DNA of 64,000 bases from Polyangiales bacterium (GTDB lineage Bacteria > Myxococcota_A > Polyangia > Polyangiales > Polyangiaceae): contig JBBRLQ010000025.1 in NCBI GenBank assembly GCA_038231275.1, positions 1 through 64,000 of the forward strand, read 5' to 3'. A model generated the notes under the pieces. The model did not search any database. It worked only from the letters and a program-made list of their open reading frames with translations, and had not been told where the DNA came from. Every line of letters starts with the position of its first letter. The stretch's first letter is position 1. The position numbers and the translations under genes are program-made. Below, piece after piece: positions 10,273 through 21,813 of the stretch.

Positions 10273-11325
10273 TCAGCCGAACGAGCAGACCCGCACGAGG
10301 TCGCGCTGCGCGTGACGGGCGATTCGTTCGGCCGTGAGGCCGGTGAGGCGCGTACCCTTCGTCGCGACCAGAACTCCACCCGAGTCGTGTACGTCCTCTG
10401 CCAGGACCATCGCCTCGGAGAGGCTCGCGATCGAGACCGACTGAACGGGCGCAGGAAGAGCGCCGACGATGGCGTCGAGGCGATGACCGCCGACGCGTAG
10501 GACGCATCGCGTGGCCACGGGAAGCCCGGCCTCGAGCTCGTCCGGCGACACGACGTCGACCGTCGGCAAGCCGACGGTGAAGGAGTATCCGTCCCCGCGC
10601 GCCGCCATCTTGAGCGCGCCGCAGATGTTGTTGCTCAGCTCGCTCAGGACCTCCGCGACGAGCGTGTCCGTCGGCGGAGTCGTTCCAACCAGACTCTTCG
10701 CCAGCACCACCCCGGCGCCGTCCTCCGCGAAGAGTGCGACGCGCAGCTCGGTGTCACGGACCACGTCCATCATCGAGAGCGAAGCGCGGTGGCGGAGATC
10801 GCAGGCGTCGTCCGCCGCCATCACCTCGATCTCGAGATTCGTGCATTCGCGGAGCTTTGCGACGACGACGCCTTCGACGGTCCGCCATGTCGTCGTTTCC
10901 GCCATGGGGTGCGCGGCGCAGCGCAGCCGTGAGCGCCGCTCCATGGCCGCGAGCAGCGACGCGAGGATCGCTGCGGAGGACGAGGGCTTCGCGAGGAACA
11001 CATCGGAGCCTGCGCGCTCCGCGTGGGCACGGACACCCGGCCCCACCGCGCAGGACGTCAGGATGATGGCCGGCTGCGTACCGGGGCGCTTGCGAAGCTC
11101 CCGCACGAGGGTCGTGCCGTCGAGCGTCGGCAACATCCAGTCGCAGATCACGACATCGAACGGCACCTCATCCACCCTCTCTAGCGCCGCCGGGCCATCG
11201 GTCACGAGCTCGACCGCGTAGCCTGCCCGCTCGAGGACGTTCGCGAGCATCTTCGCGAGGAATACGTCGTCCTCCACCACGAGGACGTTCGCGCGGGCGA
11301 CGGGGCTGCGGGCGGTGTTCGCCAC
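10273..11325 (-). CDS. Response regulator with REC and CheX-like domain (copy 2)
   Basis: Same architecture as 6215..7231: CDWMLPTLDGTT, SELSNNICGALK, identical end RVCSFG. Confidence 0.8.
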   Translation of the reverse strand: MANTARSPVARANVLVVEDDVFLAKMLANVLERAGYAVELVTDGPAALERVDEVPFDVVICDWMLPTLDGTTLVRELRKRPGTQPAIILTSCAVGPGVRAHAERAGSDVFLAKPSSSAAILASLLAAMERRSRLRCAAHPMAETTTWRTVEGVVVAKLRECTNLEIEVMAADDACDLRHRASLSMMDVVRDTELRVALFAEDGAGVVLAKSLVGTTPPTDTLVAEVLSELSNNICGALKMAARGDGYSFTVGLPTVDVVSPDELEAGLPVATRCVLRVGGHRLDAIVGALPAPVQSVSIASLSEAMVLAEDVHDSGGVLVATKGTRLTGLTAERIARHAQRDLVRVCSFG

Positions 11326-11452
11326 CGCCTACACTCCCGCTTTCATGCGGCACCGACGAAGTGTCAGGAGGTGCCGTTGCCGTCGGTTGAACACCTCGTG
11401 AAGAACGGCCAGCGGAGGCACAGTTGAATGCCCTCCTACCGTCGCGGCGTCG

Positions 11453-12280
11453 TTACTGTTTTACGCAGGTCGCGTACGCCGGGTTCTGGTCGATGTGCAG
11501 GTGCGTGCCGCTCTCGAGGTACGCGAACTTGAAGCCGCTCGTGCACGCGACGTCCTCGTCGTGCGCCGTGTAGAAGGCCAGCGGCAAGTCGAACGCGTCG
11601 CCCCACATGTGGCGCGAGCTGTTCGCGCACGTGCCGGGGCAGCCGAGCGGATCGCCGCACAGGCTCTTGCACACCGCCTCTTGATGGAGCGGGCTGCGGA
11701 AGCCGCTGTTGACGCCCACGCTCACCCCGACCGAATCGCGGAATTTCTCGAGCGAGGCGACAGCGCTAGGGGCAAGGAGCACGTGGTGGCCGTACCCCTG
11801 CGCGATCTCGGTGCCGACCAGCTCGGTCATCTGGAAGTGCGCGGCGACGTCCACCGAGAGATCGTAGATTTTGCCGGTGTCGGGATCCTCGAGGTTGGTC
11901 GTGTCGAGGAAGCACTTCGGCGCCGTCTGCCCGGACGCGAGGTGGTGCGTGTAGGTCGCGGTCGTCACGGGGTCGAGGAAGGTCTGGATCTTCACCCCCG
12001 ACGGGAAGACCAGCGCGGGGCACGGGTTCGGAGGGCCGCTGTCGTGACCGGCGTCGTGGCCCGAGTCGGTCCCGGCGTCGTGCGACGGGCCGGGCGTCAC
12101 GCCGGCATCGGTCGTCGGCGAGGGCGCGCCGGCGTCGTCGGAGGGAGGCGGCGTCCCGATCGGGGTGCCGGAGGTGGGGTTGGCGGGATCGGGCGGCGGC
12201 TCACCCCCGCCATCGGGCGGCGCGCTGCACGCGGCGGCGGCGGCGAGCAGAGACACGGCGGCGATCGCGAGGAGGCGCAT
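11453..12280 (-). CDS. Peptidase M15A-like Zn D-Ala-D-Ala peptidase lipoprotein
   Basis: Lipobox AAAAC, Pro-rich linker, NSGFRS, SSRHMWGDAFD, HLHID. Confidence 0.82.
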   Translation of the reverse strand: MRLLAIAAVSLLAAAAACSAPPDGGGEPPPDPANPTSGTPIGTPPPSDDAGAPSPTTDAGVTPGPSHDAGTDSGHDAGHDSGPPNPCPALVFPSGVKIQTFLDPVTTATYTHHLASGQTAPKCFLDTTNLEDPDTGKIYDLSVDVAAHFQMTELVGTEIAQGYGHHVLLAPSAVASLEKFRDSVGVSVGVNSGFRSPLHQEAVCKSLCGDPLGCPGTCANSSRHMWGDAFDLPLAFYTAHDEDVACTSGFKFAYLESGTHLHIDQNPAYATCVKQ

Positions 12281-12293
12281 GGCATGGCCCTCA

Positions 12294-12311
12294 TCGCGAG
12301 AACCGCGCCAG
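12294..12311 (-). promoter_or_regulatory. Putative sigma-54 -24/-12 promoter
   Basis: Minus strand TGGCGCGGTTCTCGC (GG-N10-GC); -12 C lies 16 nt before ATG 12280. Confidence 0.45.
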
Positions 12312-12415
12312 CGCCGGTCGTCGAGTTCTCCCGAGAAAAACGCCGAGTCGCGGTGACCCCGGTCGCGCCCCCGCGCGAGGCCGCTCGCGTCACGTCGCGA
12401 GCGAGATGAACCGCC

Positions 12416-13594
12416 TCAGGGGGCGGCGCGCCACGAGTCGTGGTAGCCGGCGTCTTCGATGTTGGCCGCCTGCGCCGTCGGCATGAGCGGCGCGTACGTG
12501 TCGCACATCACCGCCATTTCGTCGGTCCGCGTGCTCCCGATGCTCGCCTCGTACGCGCCGGGATGCGGCCCGTGCGCGATGCCCGACGGGTGCAGCGAAA
12601 TGGCGCCAGGCCCGACGCCGCGCCGGCTCGTGAAGTTGCCGCGGAGATAGAGGATGACCTCGTCGCAGTCGACGCTCGAGTGCGGGTACGGACACGGGAT
12701 CGCGTTCGGGTGCGTGTCGGTCATCCGCGGCACGAACGAGCAGATCAAAAACCCGCGGCTCGCGAACGTGGAGTGGATCGTCGGCGGCAGGTGAACGAGG
12801 CCGGTCTTGGGCTGGTACTTGGAGATGTTGAACGCCCACGGGTAGACGAAGCCGTCCCACCCGACGATGTCCATCGCCGGCCGATCGAGCAAGTACCGCG
12901 TGAAGTTCCCGTGGCGCTTCACGACGAGCTCGCGCGGCCCGTCCTGGATCTTCTCGGGCGTGGAGATCGGCCCGGTCGGCCGCACGAAATCGCGATGCGT
13001 GTAGGGTGCATCCATTCGCAGTTGCCCCACCGGGTTACGAAAGTCGCTCGGCACGACGATGCCCTCGGGCGACTCGAAGCACATCATCCGCATCGGCTGC
13101 GTGACGTGCCAGCGGTGGATCATCGCGCGCGGGACCCAGACGTAGTCGCCGGGCGTCACGTCGAGCCAACCGCACATCGACTCGAGCCGCGCGCTCCCCT
13201 CTTGCACGAACCAAAGCTCGTCGGCGTCGCCGTTCGCGAAGTACGCGTCGTCGGTGACGGACGGCCGCGCCAGCAAGATGGTGACGTCCTTGTTGAAGAG
13301 GATCGGCGTGCGCGCGTCGAGGAGCTGCCCGCCCGCCGGGATCTTGTCGGAGCCGTACAGGCGCCGCCGCAGCGGATCGATCGCGCGCGCGTCGAGGGTC
13401 GGCGGCGCCCAGCCGCGCGTGCACTTGGCGACCTCGCGGTGCGCAGCGACCGGGAAGCGATGGTAGAGGTACGTGAACGGCCCGCCGAAGCCGCCGCGCG
13501 TGTGCATCTCTTCGTAGAAGAGCTCACCCTTGGCGTCGCGCATCGCGGTGTGCGGCTTGTCCGGCAATAGCCCCGCCCACGCGCGATCGATCAC
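12416..13594 (-). CDS. hmgA: Homogentisate 1,2-dioxygenase
   Basis: GTG 13594 overlaps hppD stop (GTGA); NGDADEL, VGWDG..YPW, HLPPTIH, CSFVPR, YPHSSVDCDEV, HGPHPG. Confidence 0.92.
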   Translation of the reverse strand: MIDRAWAGLLPDKPHTAMRDAKGELFYEEMHTRGGFGGPFTYLYHRFPVAAHREVAKCTRGWAPPTLDARAIDPLRRRLYGSDKIPAGGQLLDARTPILFNKDVTILLARPSVTDDAYFANGDADELWFVQEGSARLESMCGWLDVTPGDYVWVPRAMIHRWHVTQPMRMMCFESPEGIVVPSDFRNPVGQLRMDAPYTHRDFVRPTGPISTPEKIQDGPRELVVKRHGNFTRYLLDRPAMDIVGWDGFVYPWAFNISKYQPKTGLVHLPPTIHSTFASRGFLICSFVPRMTDTHPNAIPCPYPHSSVDCDEVILYLRGNFTSRRGVGPGAISLHPSGIAHGPHPGAYEASIGSTRTDEMAVMCDTYAPLMPTAQAANIEDAGYHDSWRAAP

Positions 13595-14736
13595 GGCGTG
13601 CCCTCGCTCTGCGCGCGCTCGATGCTCTCGAAGAGCGCGCGGAAGTTGCCGTAGCCGAAGCCCTGATCCCCGGCGCGCTGGATGATCTCGTAAAAGAACG
13701 GGCCGGCGCGCGTCTCGTCGTACATGATCGACGCCTCGCGCATGAAGATTTGGAGCATGTACTTGTCGCTCGCGCCGTCGACGAGGATCTGCAGGCGCTC
13801 GAGCTCCTTCAGCTCCTCCTTGACGTTGTGGATGCCGAGCTTGGCGAGGCGCTCGGGGAGGTAGCGGTAGTATTCCGGCGGGGTGGAGAGGAACTCGACA
13901 CCCCGACGGTGTAATTCCTCGACGCTCCAGATGATGTTCTTCACCGCGAAGGCGACGTGCTGCACGCCGTTGCCCTGGTTGTCCTCGACGAACTTGGTGA
14001 TTTGGCTGTCCTTGAAGTGCGGTCGAAGCGGCTCGTTCGTCGCGAACTTCACGCCGCTGACCGGATCCCACATCACGATCGAGCGGAGGCCCGAGCCACT
14101 GGCGCGCCCGGACGCGACGTCCTGCGTGTGGAAGCTGATCTCCCAGAACGGCTCGAAGCCGAGCACCTCTTTGTACCAGCCGATGATCGGCTGCATCGTG
14201 AGTCCGTTCGACGTCACGTGATCGACCTGCTGGATGCCGAAGACGTTCTCGGGACGGCCCGCGTCGCCGACGCCCGAGTCGACGAAGCCGGGCGCAAAGG
14301 CGCGGTAGTCGCTGCGCTCGATGAAGCGGAAGCGCACGTCGCCGAGCGGCGTCGCGATCTCCACCGAGCGGTACGTGCCGCCGCTCGCGTCCTTGTCCTC
14401 GAACGGATCGGCCATGAGCGTGCCGCCGCGCTGCTCGAGGAACGCGATCGTCTCGTTCAAATTCTTCACGCGGAAGGAGAGGCTCATCACGCCGGCGGGG
14501 TGGCGCTTCAAGTAGCGCGCGGCCTTCGAGCTCTGGTTGAGCGGGCTCGACACGCACACGCGCGCATCTCCGGCGCCGAACACGACGGCTTGCTGGCCGC
14601 TTCTCTGGGTGAGCTCGTCGCTGGCGCGCGCGACCTCCTTGAAATCGAGCTTCTGCGTGTAGAACGCGCGCGACCGCTCGAGATTTTCGACGACGAAGTG
14701 GAACGAGTCGTAGCCCAGGATTCCGATGTTGCTCAT
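13591..14736 (-). CDS. hppD: 4-hydroxyphenylpyruvate dioxygenase
   Basis: VDHVT, SQITKF...GVQHVA, LQIF, FFYEIIQR, GFGYGNFRALFESIER. Confidence 0.95.
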   Translation of the reverse strand: MSNIGILGYDSFHFVVENLERSRAFYTQKLDFKEVARASDELTQRSGQQAVVFGAGDARVCVSSPLNQSSKAARYLKRHPAGVMSLSFRVKNLNETIAFLEQRGGTLMADPFEDKDASGGTYRSVEIATPLGDVRFRFIERSDYRAFAPGFVDSGVGDAGRPENVFGIQQVDHVTSNGLTMQPIIGWYKEVLGFEPFWEISFHTQDVASGRASGSGLRSIVMWDPVSGVKFATNEPLRPHFKDSQITKFVEDNQGNGVQHVAFAVKNIIWSVEELHRRGVEFLSTPPEYYRYLPERLAKLGIHNVKEELKELERLQILVDGASDKYMLQIFMREASIMYDETRAGPFFYEIIQRAGDQGFGYGNFRALFESIERAQSEGTP

Positions 14737-14848
14737 GACCAAAGACCCTCCGGCGGAGACGACGACCAATGTACGCCGCGTGAAGGAAGCGGACTACATC
14801 GCTTGTGCGGCGCCATCAAGTTAGGCTCGAACGTGGAGGGTTTTGCGC

Positions 14849-16663
14849 ATGTACTTGTACGGGGATTCCACGGCATCGCCGCTGCGATCGAACTTCCTCG
14901 AGTTCCTCCGCGACGCGCTCGACTTCAGCGCCTTCGTGCTCAAGGCCGACGGTGAGATCGCGCAGGGGAAGCGCGAAATCGTGAAGCTGCAGAGCGCGGC
15001 GAGCCAAGAGATGGGGCGGCTCGAAGCGCTCGGCGAGCTCACGTCGAACGCCATCTCTCAAGCGCCGTGCGGCGCGGGCGACTCCGCGACGAGCCGATGC
15101 GCGCTCGCGCTGAAGCGGCTCACCGACACGACGATCCAAGACGCGATCGCCGGCGTGCGCGCCAACCTCGCGCGCTCGATCGACGAGGTCGACGCGAAGG
15201 ACGCCGCCGAGCGTGACGCGTGCCGGAAGGCGCTCGAGCGGCTGCTCCTGCCGCACGATCCTTGGGACGCGCTCGGCGATCGTCAGGTCGTCCTCTCCGG
15301 CGACTCGCCGATGGCGATGAGCTACAGCGGCCGCGCAGTCGGCGCGTCGGGCTGCGGTTGGGCGTGGACGATCGAGCTCGCGGTGGGCCACTCGCATCCG
15401 TTCTCGGAACCGATGCGCCTCGAGCGCGTCGTGCAGGTCCTCGAGATCTCCGTCCCCGACATGAGCGGCTGGCTCAAGAAGGAGGTCAAGGTGAAGCCGG
15501 TGCGCCTCGAGCGCATGGTGCTCACCGAGCTCTTCGTCGACGACGACGTCGTGCGTACGAAGCTCCGTATGGAGCCGGGCAGCGACGCCGGCTACGATCT
15601 CGAGGTCACCACGCAGGGGCAGGTCACGATGGCCCGCACTGGCGCGAAAGAAGCGCAACTGAACGGCGCGTTCGACGTGCGCGCCGAGGACGAGCCCGCG
15701 CTCATGGAGCTCGCGCAGCGCCTGCGCCAGGTCATGGGCGACATGACGCGCAAGCGCATGGTCGAGGCGACGTTCGACGATCAGCCGTTCGAGTCGCACC
15801 CCTTGCTCAAGGAGATCGTCGAGCGCCTCGTGCAGGCGATGGCGCCGATCGTGCGCGACATCAACGATCACAGCCTGACGCCCACCGAGCTCGTCATCAA
15901 GCGCCTGCTCGGCGACGACCGCCGCGAGGAGATCTTCGTGTCGAAGGCCCAGCTCCGCGAGAAGTACGCGGACCTGCCCGACGAGATGAAGCGCGTCTTC
16001 GATCCGCTCGCGCTGATCCCGGCCTTGCCGCAGAACTCGGTCGTCCACCATTCGGTGGTGCCGATGATCCCGGTGCAACCGGCCAAGCCCGAGTCCATCC
16101 CCGTGACGAAGCCGTCGGCGCCGCCGGTGGCCGCGGCGGTCGCGCGCACGTCGGTGTCGCCGCTCGAAGCGTTCGTCGCCAAGTCGCCGCCTCCGCCCGC
16201 GTCGAGCCAGGTCGTTCTTCGGAGCGACTCGGGCAACCCGTCGACGGCGTCGACCGCGAACCCGGATCTGGTCGCGTCGATCAAGAAGATCGTCCAGCTC
16301 GCCAAGCGCGGCAATTCTGAGGAGGCGTTCGGGGCCTACGCCGATCTCTTCTCGAGCGAGGCGTTCTCCACCTACCAGCCCGAGCACCAGCGGCAGACCC
16401 TGAAGCTCCTCGTCTTGAAGAGCCCTGCGGCGGTGACCGACTCGGTGCGGAAGGCGCACCGCGCGGCGTCCGAGCGCCTCCGCGGCCTCATCGCGCAGCA
16501 AGGTCACCCGGCGGACTACGAGATGCTCGGAATCTGCCACCTCCTTCTAGAGGACCAATCGTCGGCCTCGGCGACGTTCTCGGCGGGCCTCCAGATCGAG
16601 CGAACACGCGACCCCCAGTCGGAGCTGTGCGGGAGCCTCATGCGACGCGTCGCGGCGCTGTAG
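14849..16663 (+). CDS. Hypothetical protein, Pro/Ser-rich linker and helical TPR-like C-terminus
   Basis: Long ORF with GC3-biased codons; no family recognised. Confidence 0.7.
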   Translation: MYLYGDSTASPLRSNFLEFLRDALDFSAFVLKADGEIAQGKREIVKLQSAASQEMGRLEALGELTSNAISQAPCGAGDSATSRCALALKRLTDTTIQDAIAGVRANLARSIDEVDAKDAAERDACRKALERLLLPHDPWDALGDRQVVLSGDSPMAMSYSGRAVGASGCGWAWTIELAVGHSHPFSEPMRLERVVQVLEISVPDMSGWLKKEVKVKPVRLERMVLTELFVDDDVVRTKLRMEPGSDAGYDLEVTTQGQVTMARTGAKEAQLNGAFDVRAEDEPALMELAQRLRQVMGDMTRKRMVEATFDDQPFESHPLLKEIVERLVQAMAPIVRDINDHSLTPTELVIKRLLGDDRREEIFVSKAQLREKYADLPDEMKRVFDPLALIPALPQNSVVHHSVVPMIPVQPAKPESIPVTKPSAPPVAAAVARTSVSPLEAFVAKSPPPPASSQVVLRSDSGNPSTASTANPDLVASIKKIVQLAKRGNSEEAFGAYADLFSSEAFSTYQPEHQRQTLKLLVLKSPAAVTDSVRKAHRAASERLRGLIAQQGHPADYEMLGICHLLLEDQSSASATFSAGLQIERTRDPQSELCGSLMRRVAAL

Positions 16664-16770
16664 ACTTGCGGCGGATTCCGTGGCCACAAGGGCACGGATC
16701 TTCTTCAAATTGTCGCGAACATCGAGGAGCGGGCGCGTCGTGGGTCGCGCCCGCTCTTTCTATGTGCTAA

Positions 16771-18462
<1,692 letters not shown>

Positions 18463-18464
18463 GC

Positions 18465-19049
18465 GTGAGCGGCGTCGTCGTCGAAGGGGTCACCGGCACC
18501 GGGAAATCCCAGACGATCCGCGCTCTGCTGGCGCGCGTGGGGATGCGCGACGCGGTGCTCGTGCCCGAGGAGGAGACGCTCGGCGAGCTCATGGACGAAG
18601 AGCTCGGCGACGCGGCGATGCCGCCGGCCGCGAAGCTTTGGCGCCTGGACCGTGTCCTCGCGCGCGTGCGCACGTCGAGCGACGAGCGCTTCGTGCTCGA
18701 ACGGTTCCACCCTACGTACTACGCGCTCATGGGCGACTGGCCGCTCGTGTCGCCCATCGACGAGGAGCTCGCGGCGCGGGGCTTTCGACTCGTCCTGCTC
18801 ACCGTCGCGGTGGACGCGCTGGCCGCGCGTAGCCTCCACCGCGTCGACCGCGCCGGGACGTCGTGGACCTCCGAGATGGTCGCGACGTTCGGGTCGGAGG
18901 AGGCCGCGCTCGCAGCCATCGCCGCGTCGCAGGACAAGCGAATCGAGGCGCTCGGGCGGACCCGCATGCCGTGGCTCCGCGTCGACACGACGGACATGCG
19001 ATGGGACGGGCACGCGGGCGAGATCGAGACCTTTCTCGGGCGTGCGTGA
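18465..19049 (+). CDS. P-loop nucleotide kinase-like protein
   Basis: VVVEGVTGTGKS Walker A, VLERF; TTG 18459 or GTG 18465 abuts the pyrG stop. Confidence 0.7.
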   Translation: MSGVVVEGVTGTGKSQTIRALLARVGMRDAVLVPEEETLGELMDEELGDAAMPPAAKLWRLDRVLARVRTSSDERFVLERFHPTYYALMGDWPLVSPIDEELAARGFRLVLLTVAVDALAARSLHRVDRAGTSWTSEMVATFGSEEAALAAIAASQDKRIEALGRTRMPWLRVDTTDMRWDGHAGEIETFLGRA

Positions 19050-19178
19050 GGACCCTGCGCACACGAACCCACGGCAGCTCAAGGTGTCGTGGCGGTGGCC
19101 GCAACATGGTTGAACGCGTTGTCCACGAAGCAACACGGGAACCGCGCGAAACCAGGTCCGCCGTGTGGAATTTTACGG

Positions 19179-19194
19179 CGGTACTGCGCTTGCA
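19179..19194 (+). promoter_or_regulatory. Putative sigma-54 -24/-12 promoter
   Basis: CGGTACTGCGCTTGCA (GG-N10-GC with TTGCA); -12 C lies 14 nt before ATG 19207. Confidence 0.5.
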
Positions 19195-19206
19195 CTAGAG
19201 ACCGGC

Positions 19207-19839
19207 ATGAAGCGCGACGCCACAGCCGCTGTCGAGTGCCAGGAGACAGAGGACGCGATTCACCGGGTGGACACGGTGCCCCCGCCGGACAGCGGGGACG
19301 CCTACAGCGCCGCCACCCAGGTGCGAGAGCTCCCCGAGGGCATCATCGAGCTCCTGAAGAGCCTGAAGAGCGACCGCGACGCGGACCTCGTCGAGGCCGT
19401 CGCTTCGACGCCGGCCAAGCCCCCCGTGACCGTCCCGCCGGAGAGCGGAGTGGTCGCGAAGAATGCAATGTACACGCAATGGGAGGAGGGGGACGCCGAC
19501 GAGGATCCGCCGACGCGCCTCTGCGCCGGAGTCGTGACCGACGTGCTCGCGGACTCCGAGCGCGCGCCGAGCCCCACGCCGGAGCGTCACGTGACGATTC
19601 GACCGTCGGCGCCGCCGCCCCACGTCTCCGCGCCGCTCGGCGCCGCCACTGCGCTGTTCTCGATCGCGCCGCTGCCGCCGCTCCCGCCCGTCGATGATCC
19701 GATGACCGCCGTCGCGATTCCGCCGAGCGCCCCGAAGCGGCATGGCGGCGCTCGCCCGCTCTACACCGACGCGCTCATCTTCACCGCCGCCGCGCTGCTC
19801 AGCGCGGGCGTCGCGACGATCATCGCCTTCGCGTACTGA
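19207..19839 (+). CDS. Hypothetical Pro-rich protein with C-terminal membrane anchor
   Basis: Low-complexity acidic/Pro sequence ending in ALIFTAAALLSAGVATIIAFAY. Confidence 0.6.
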   Translation: MKRDATAAVECQETEDAIHRVDTVPPPDSGDAYSAATQVRELPEGIIELLKSLKSDRDADLVEAVASTPAKPPVTVPPESGVVAKNAMYTQWEEGDADEDPPTRLCAGVVTDVLADSERAPSPTPERHVTIRPSAPPPHVSAPLGAATALFSIAPLPPLPPVDDPMTAVAIPPSAPKRHGGARPLYTDALIFTAAALLSAGVATIIAFAY

Positions 19840-19851
19840 CGATGTAGCCGG

Positions 19852-20838
19852 TCAGGGGCCTGCGGCCTTGGTCGCGCGGAGCTGATGGCCGACGCGGACC
19901 TCCACGCGCGGGTGCTTCGCCACGAACGCACGGAGCCGCGCGAGGCTCTCTGCGCTGCGTTTTTGGTCGGCCGAGAAGCTGCCGGGCTCGACGCCGTTGT
20001 CCCATCCCCAGGTCGTGTGCGACGCGTCGCCTGTGAGGAGCACCGGGCCGGACTTGGTGCGCGCGAGGTACGCGGTGCTGCCGGCCGTGTGACCGGGGAC
20101 GTGAAGCGCCCAAAACGTTCCGTCGCCGAACACGTCGAGGACGCCGGCGAACGCGCCGTCGGGATCGGGCGCGAACTTCCACTCGCGCAGCGCACCTTTT
20201 CCGGAGAGCGCCTCGTCGGTCGTCGATTGGATGAACAAGTTGAGAAAGCCCGTCTCCGCTGCCTCGCCGGGCCCCGTGAACACCGTCGCGTCCTTGGGGA
20301 CGTCGCGCATGCCGGTGACGTGATCGAGATGCAGGTGCGTGAGGAAGACGCCCTTGACCGGCTCGCGCTGCGCCGCGACGAACGCGGCGGTGTCGGTTCG
20401 CACCTTCAGCTTTTCGGCGTGCATCGCGGAGGCGATGAGCCCATCACCGATCACCGACGCCTGCGGATCGTCCCGGATCGCCTTTTCGACGCCCGTATCG
20501 ACGAGGAAGAGGCCGGCCGTCGGGTGGCGAACGGCGTGGAGGAGGATGACGATCGGCTCAGGCCCGTCCTTGAGCCCCGCCGCCTTTGCCTTCGGGTGAT
20601 CGAGGTTGATGAGGCCGCCGCGCGGCACCTCCCAGTCGGCGCCGACCACGGTTTCGACGGTGATGGGGCCCGGCTCGTCGACCACGGCGTCGAGCGACGA
20701 GGTCGCGCGGGCGACGCCGAGATCGGCCGGGGAGGAGGCGTGGGTCGTGGGGCGGCAACCGGAGAGTGCCGCGACGGCGCTGGCGCCGGCGACGAGTGCG
20801 AGGACGAGGAGGCGTGAGCGCGTCTTCATGGCCTTCAT
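19852..20838 (-). CDS. Metallo-beta-lactamase-fold hydrolase (AHL lactonase-like), lipoprotein
   Basis: LVDTG, THLHLDH (HxHxDH), DVFGDG, PGHTAG, TGDA, GH; lipobox LSGC. Confidence 0.85.
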   Translation of the reverse strand: MKAMKTRSRLLVLALVAGASAVAALSGCRPTTHASSPADLGVARATSSLDAVVDEPGPITVETVVGADWEVPRGGLINLDHPKAKAAGLKDGPEPIVILLHAVRHPTAGLFLVDTGVEKAIRDDPQASVIGDGLIASAMHAEKLKVRTDTAAFVAAQREPVKGVFLTHLHLDHVTGMRDVPKDATVFTGPGEAAETGFLNLFIQSTTDEALSGKGALREWKFAPDPDGAFAGVLDVFGDGTFWALHVPGHTAGSTAYLARTKSGPVLLTGDASHTTWGWDNGVEPGSFSADQKRSAESLARLRAFVAKHPRVEVRVGHQLRATKAAGP

Positions 20839-20895
20839 CTTGGGTCATGCAGATTCATTGTGGAAGTGGCTAAATTCAAATAGACCCATACGAGA

Positions 20896-21813
20896 ATGCA
20901 TATCCCGTGGGACGACGTGAACGTGCTCCTCGCCGTCGCCGAGACGGGGAGCCTCAGCGCCGGCGCGGCGCGCTTGCGGGTGACACAGCCCACGGTGAGC
21001 CGGCGTGTCGCCGAACTGGAGGCGCGCGTGGGCGAGGCGATCTTCGTCCGCAGCGCGGCCGGCGCGACGGTCACGCCGTTCGGTGAGTCGCTCCTCGAGC
21101 CCGCGCGGCGAATGGCCGAGTGGGCGGCGGAGGTGGAGCGCGCCGCCGAGCGCGCGGAGACGACGCCGCGCGGCACCGTACGAGTCACGGCGCCGCCGGG
21201 CATCGCGTTCGACTTCGTCGCCCCCTTCGCGGCGTGGGCGAAGGGGCGCCTTCCGGACGTGCAGCTCTCCGTGCGGGCGACCACCGAATACCTGGACCTC
21301 TCGCGCGGAGGCGCCGATCTCGCGCTGCGCTTCGCGGCGCCCGCGCAGCGCGACGTCGAGACACTGGCGAAGGTCGAGATCGAGATCGGCGCGTTCGGTT
21401 CGGCGGCGTACGCCAAGACCCTGCCGCGTCGCGCCAAGCCGAGCGACGTCGCGTGGGTCGCGTGGGCGCCGCCCTTCGAGGACCTCGCGCCGAACCCCGA
21501 GCTCGCGCGCCTGATCCCTGGTTTCCGTCCGGTCTTCGCGTCCGATGACTATCTCGTGCAGCTTCGCGCCGCCGAGGAGGGGCTCGGCGCGATGTTTCTC
21601 GGACGCGCCCCGCATCGCTTCTCGCGTACGCGAATGGTGCCGCTCGACGTGGATCTCCCCACGATCCAGCGCACCCTCTACCTCGCCTGTCCCCGACGCG
21701 CCCTCGAGATCCCCCGCGTGCGCGCCGTCGCCGATCTGATCGTCACGGAGCTCGCGACGCTTCGTCGTCCTCCCGCGCGAGGTCGAGGAGCAGCGCGGTC
21801 GTCCCGCGGTTGA
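20896..21813 (+). CDS. LysR family transcriptional regulator
   Basis: N-terminal HTH GSLSAGAARLRVTQPTVSRRVAELE; divergent from the hydrolase gene. Confidence 0.93.
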   Translation: MHIPWDDVNVLLAVAETGSLSAGAARLRVTQPTVSRRVAELEARVGEAIFVRSAAGATVTPFGESLLEPARRMAEWAAEVERAAERAETTPRGTVRVTAPPGIAFDFVAPFAAWAKGRLPDVQLSVRATTEYLDLSRGGADLALRFAAPAQRDVETLAKVEIEIGAFGSAAYAKTLPRRAKPSDVAWVAWAPPFEDLAPNPELARLIPGFRPVFASDDYLVQLRAAEEGLGAMFLGRAPHRFSRTRMVPLDVDLPTIQRTLYLACPRRALEIPRVRAVADLIVTELATLRRPPARGRGAARSSRG

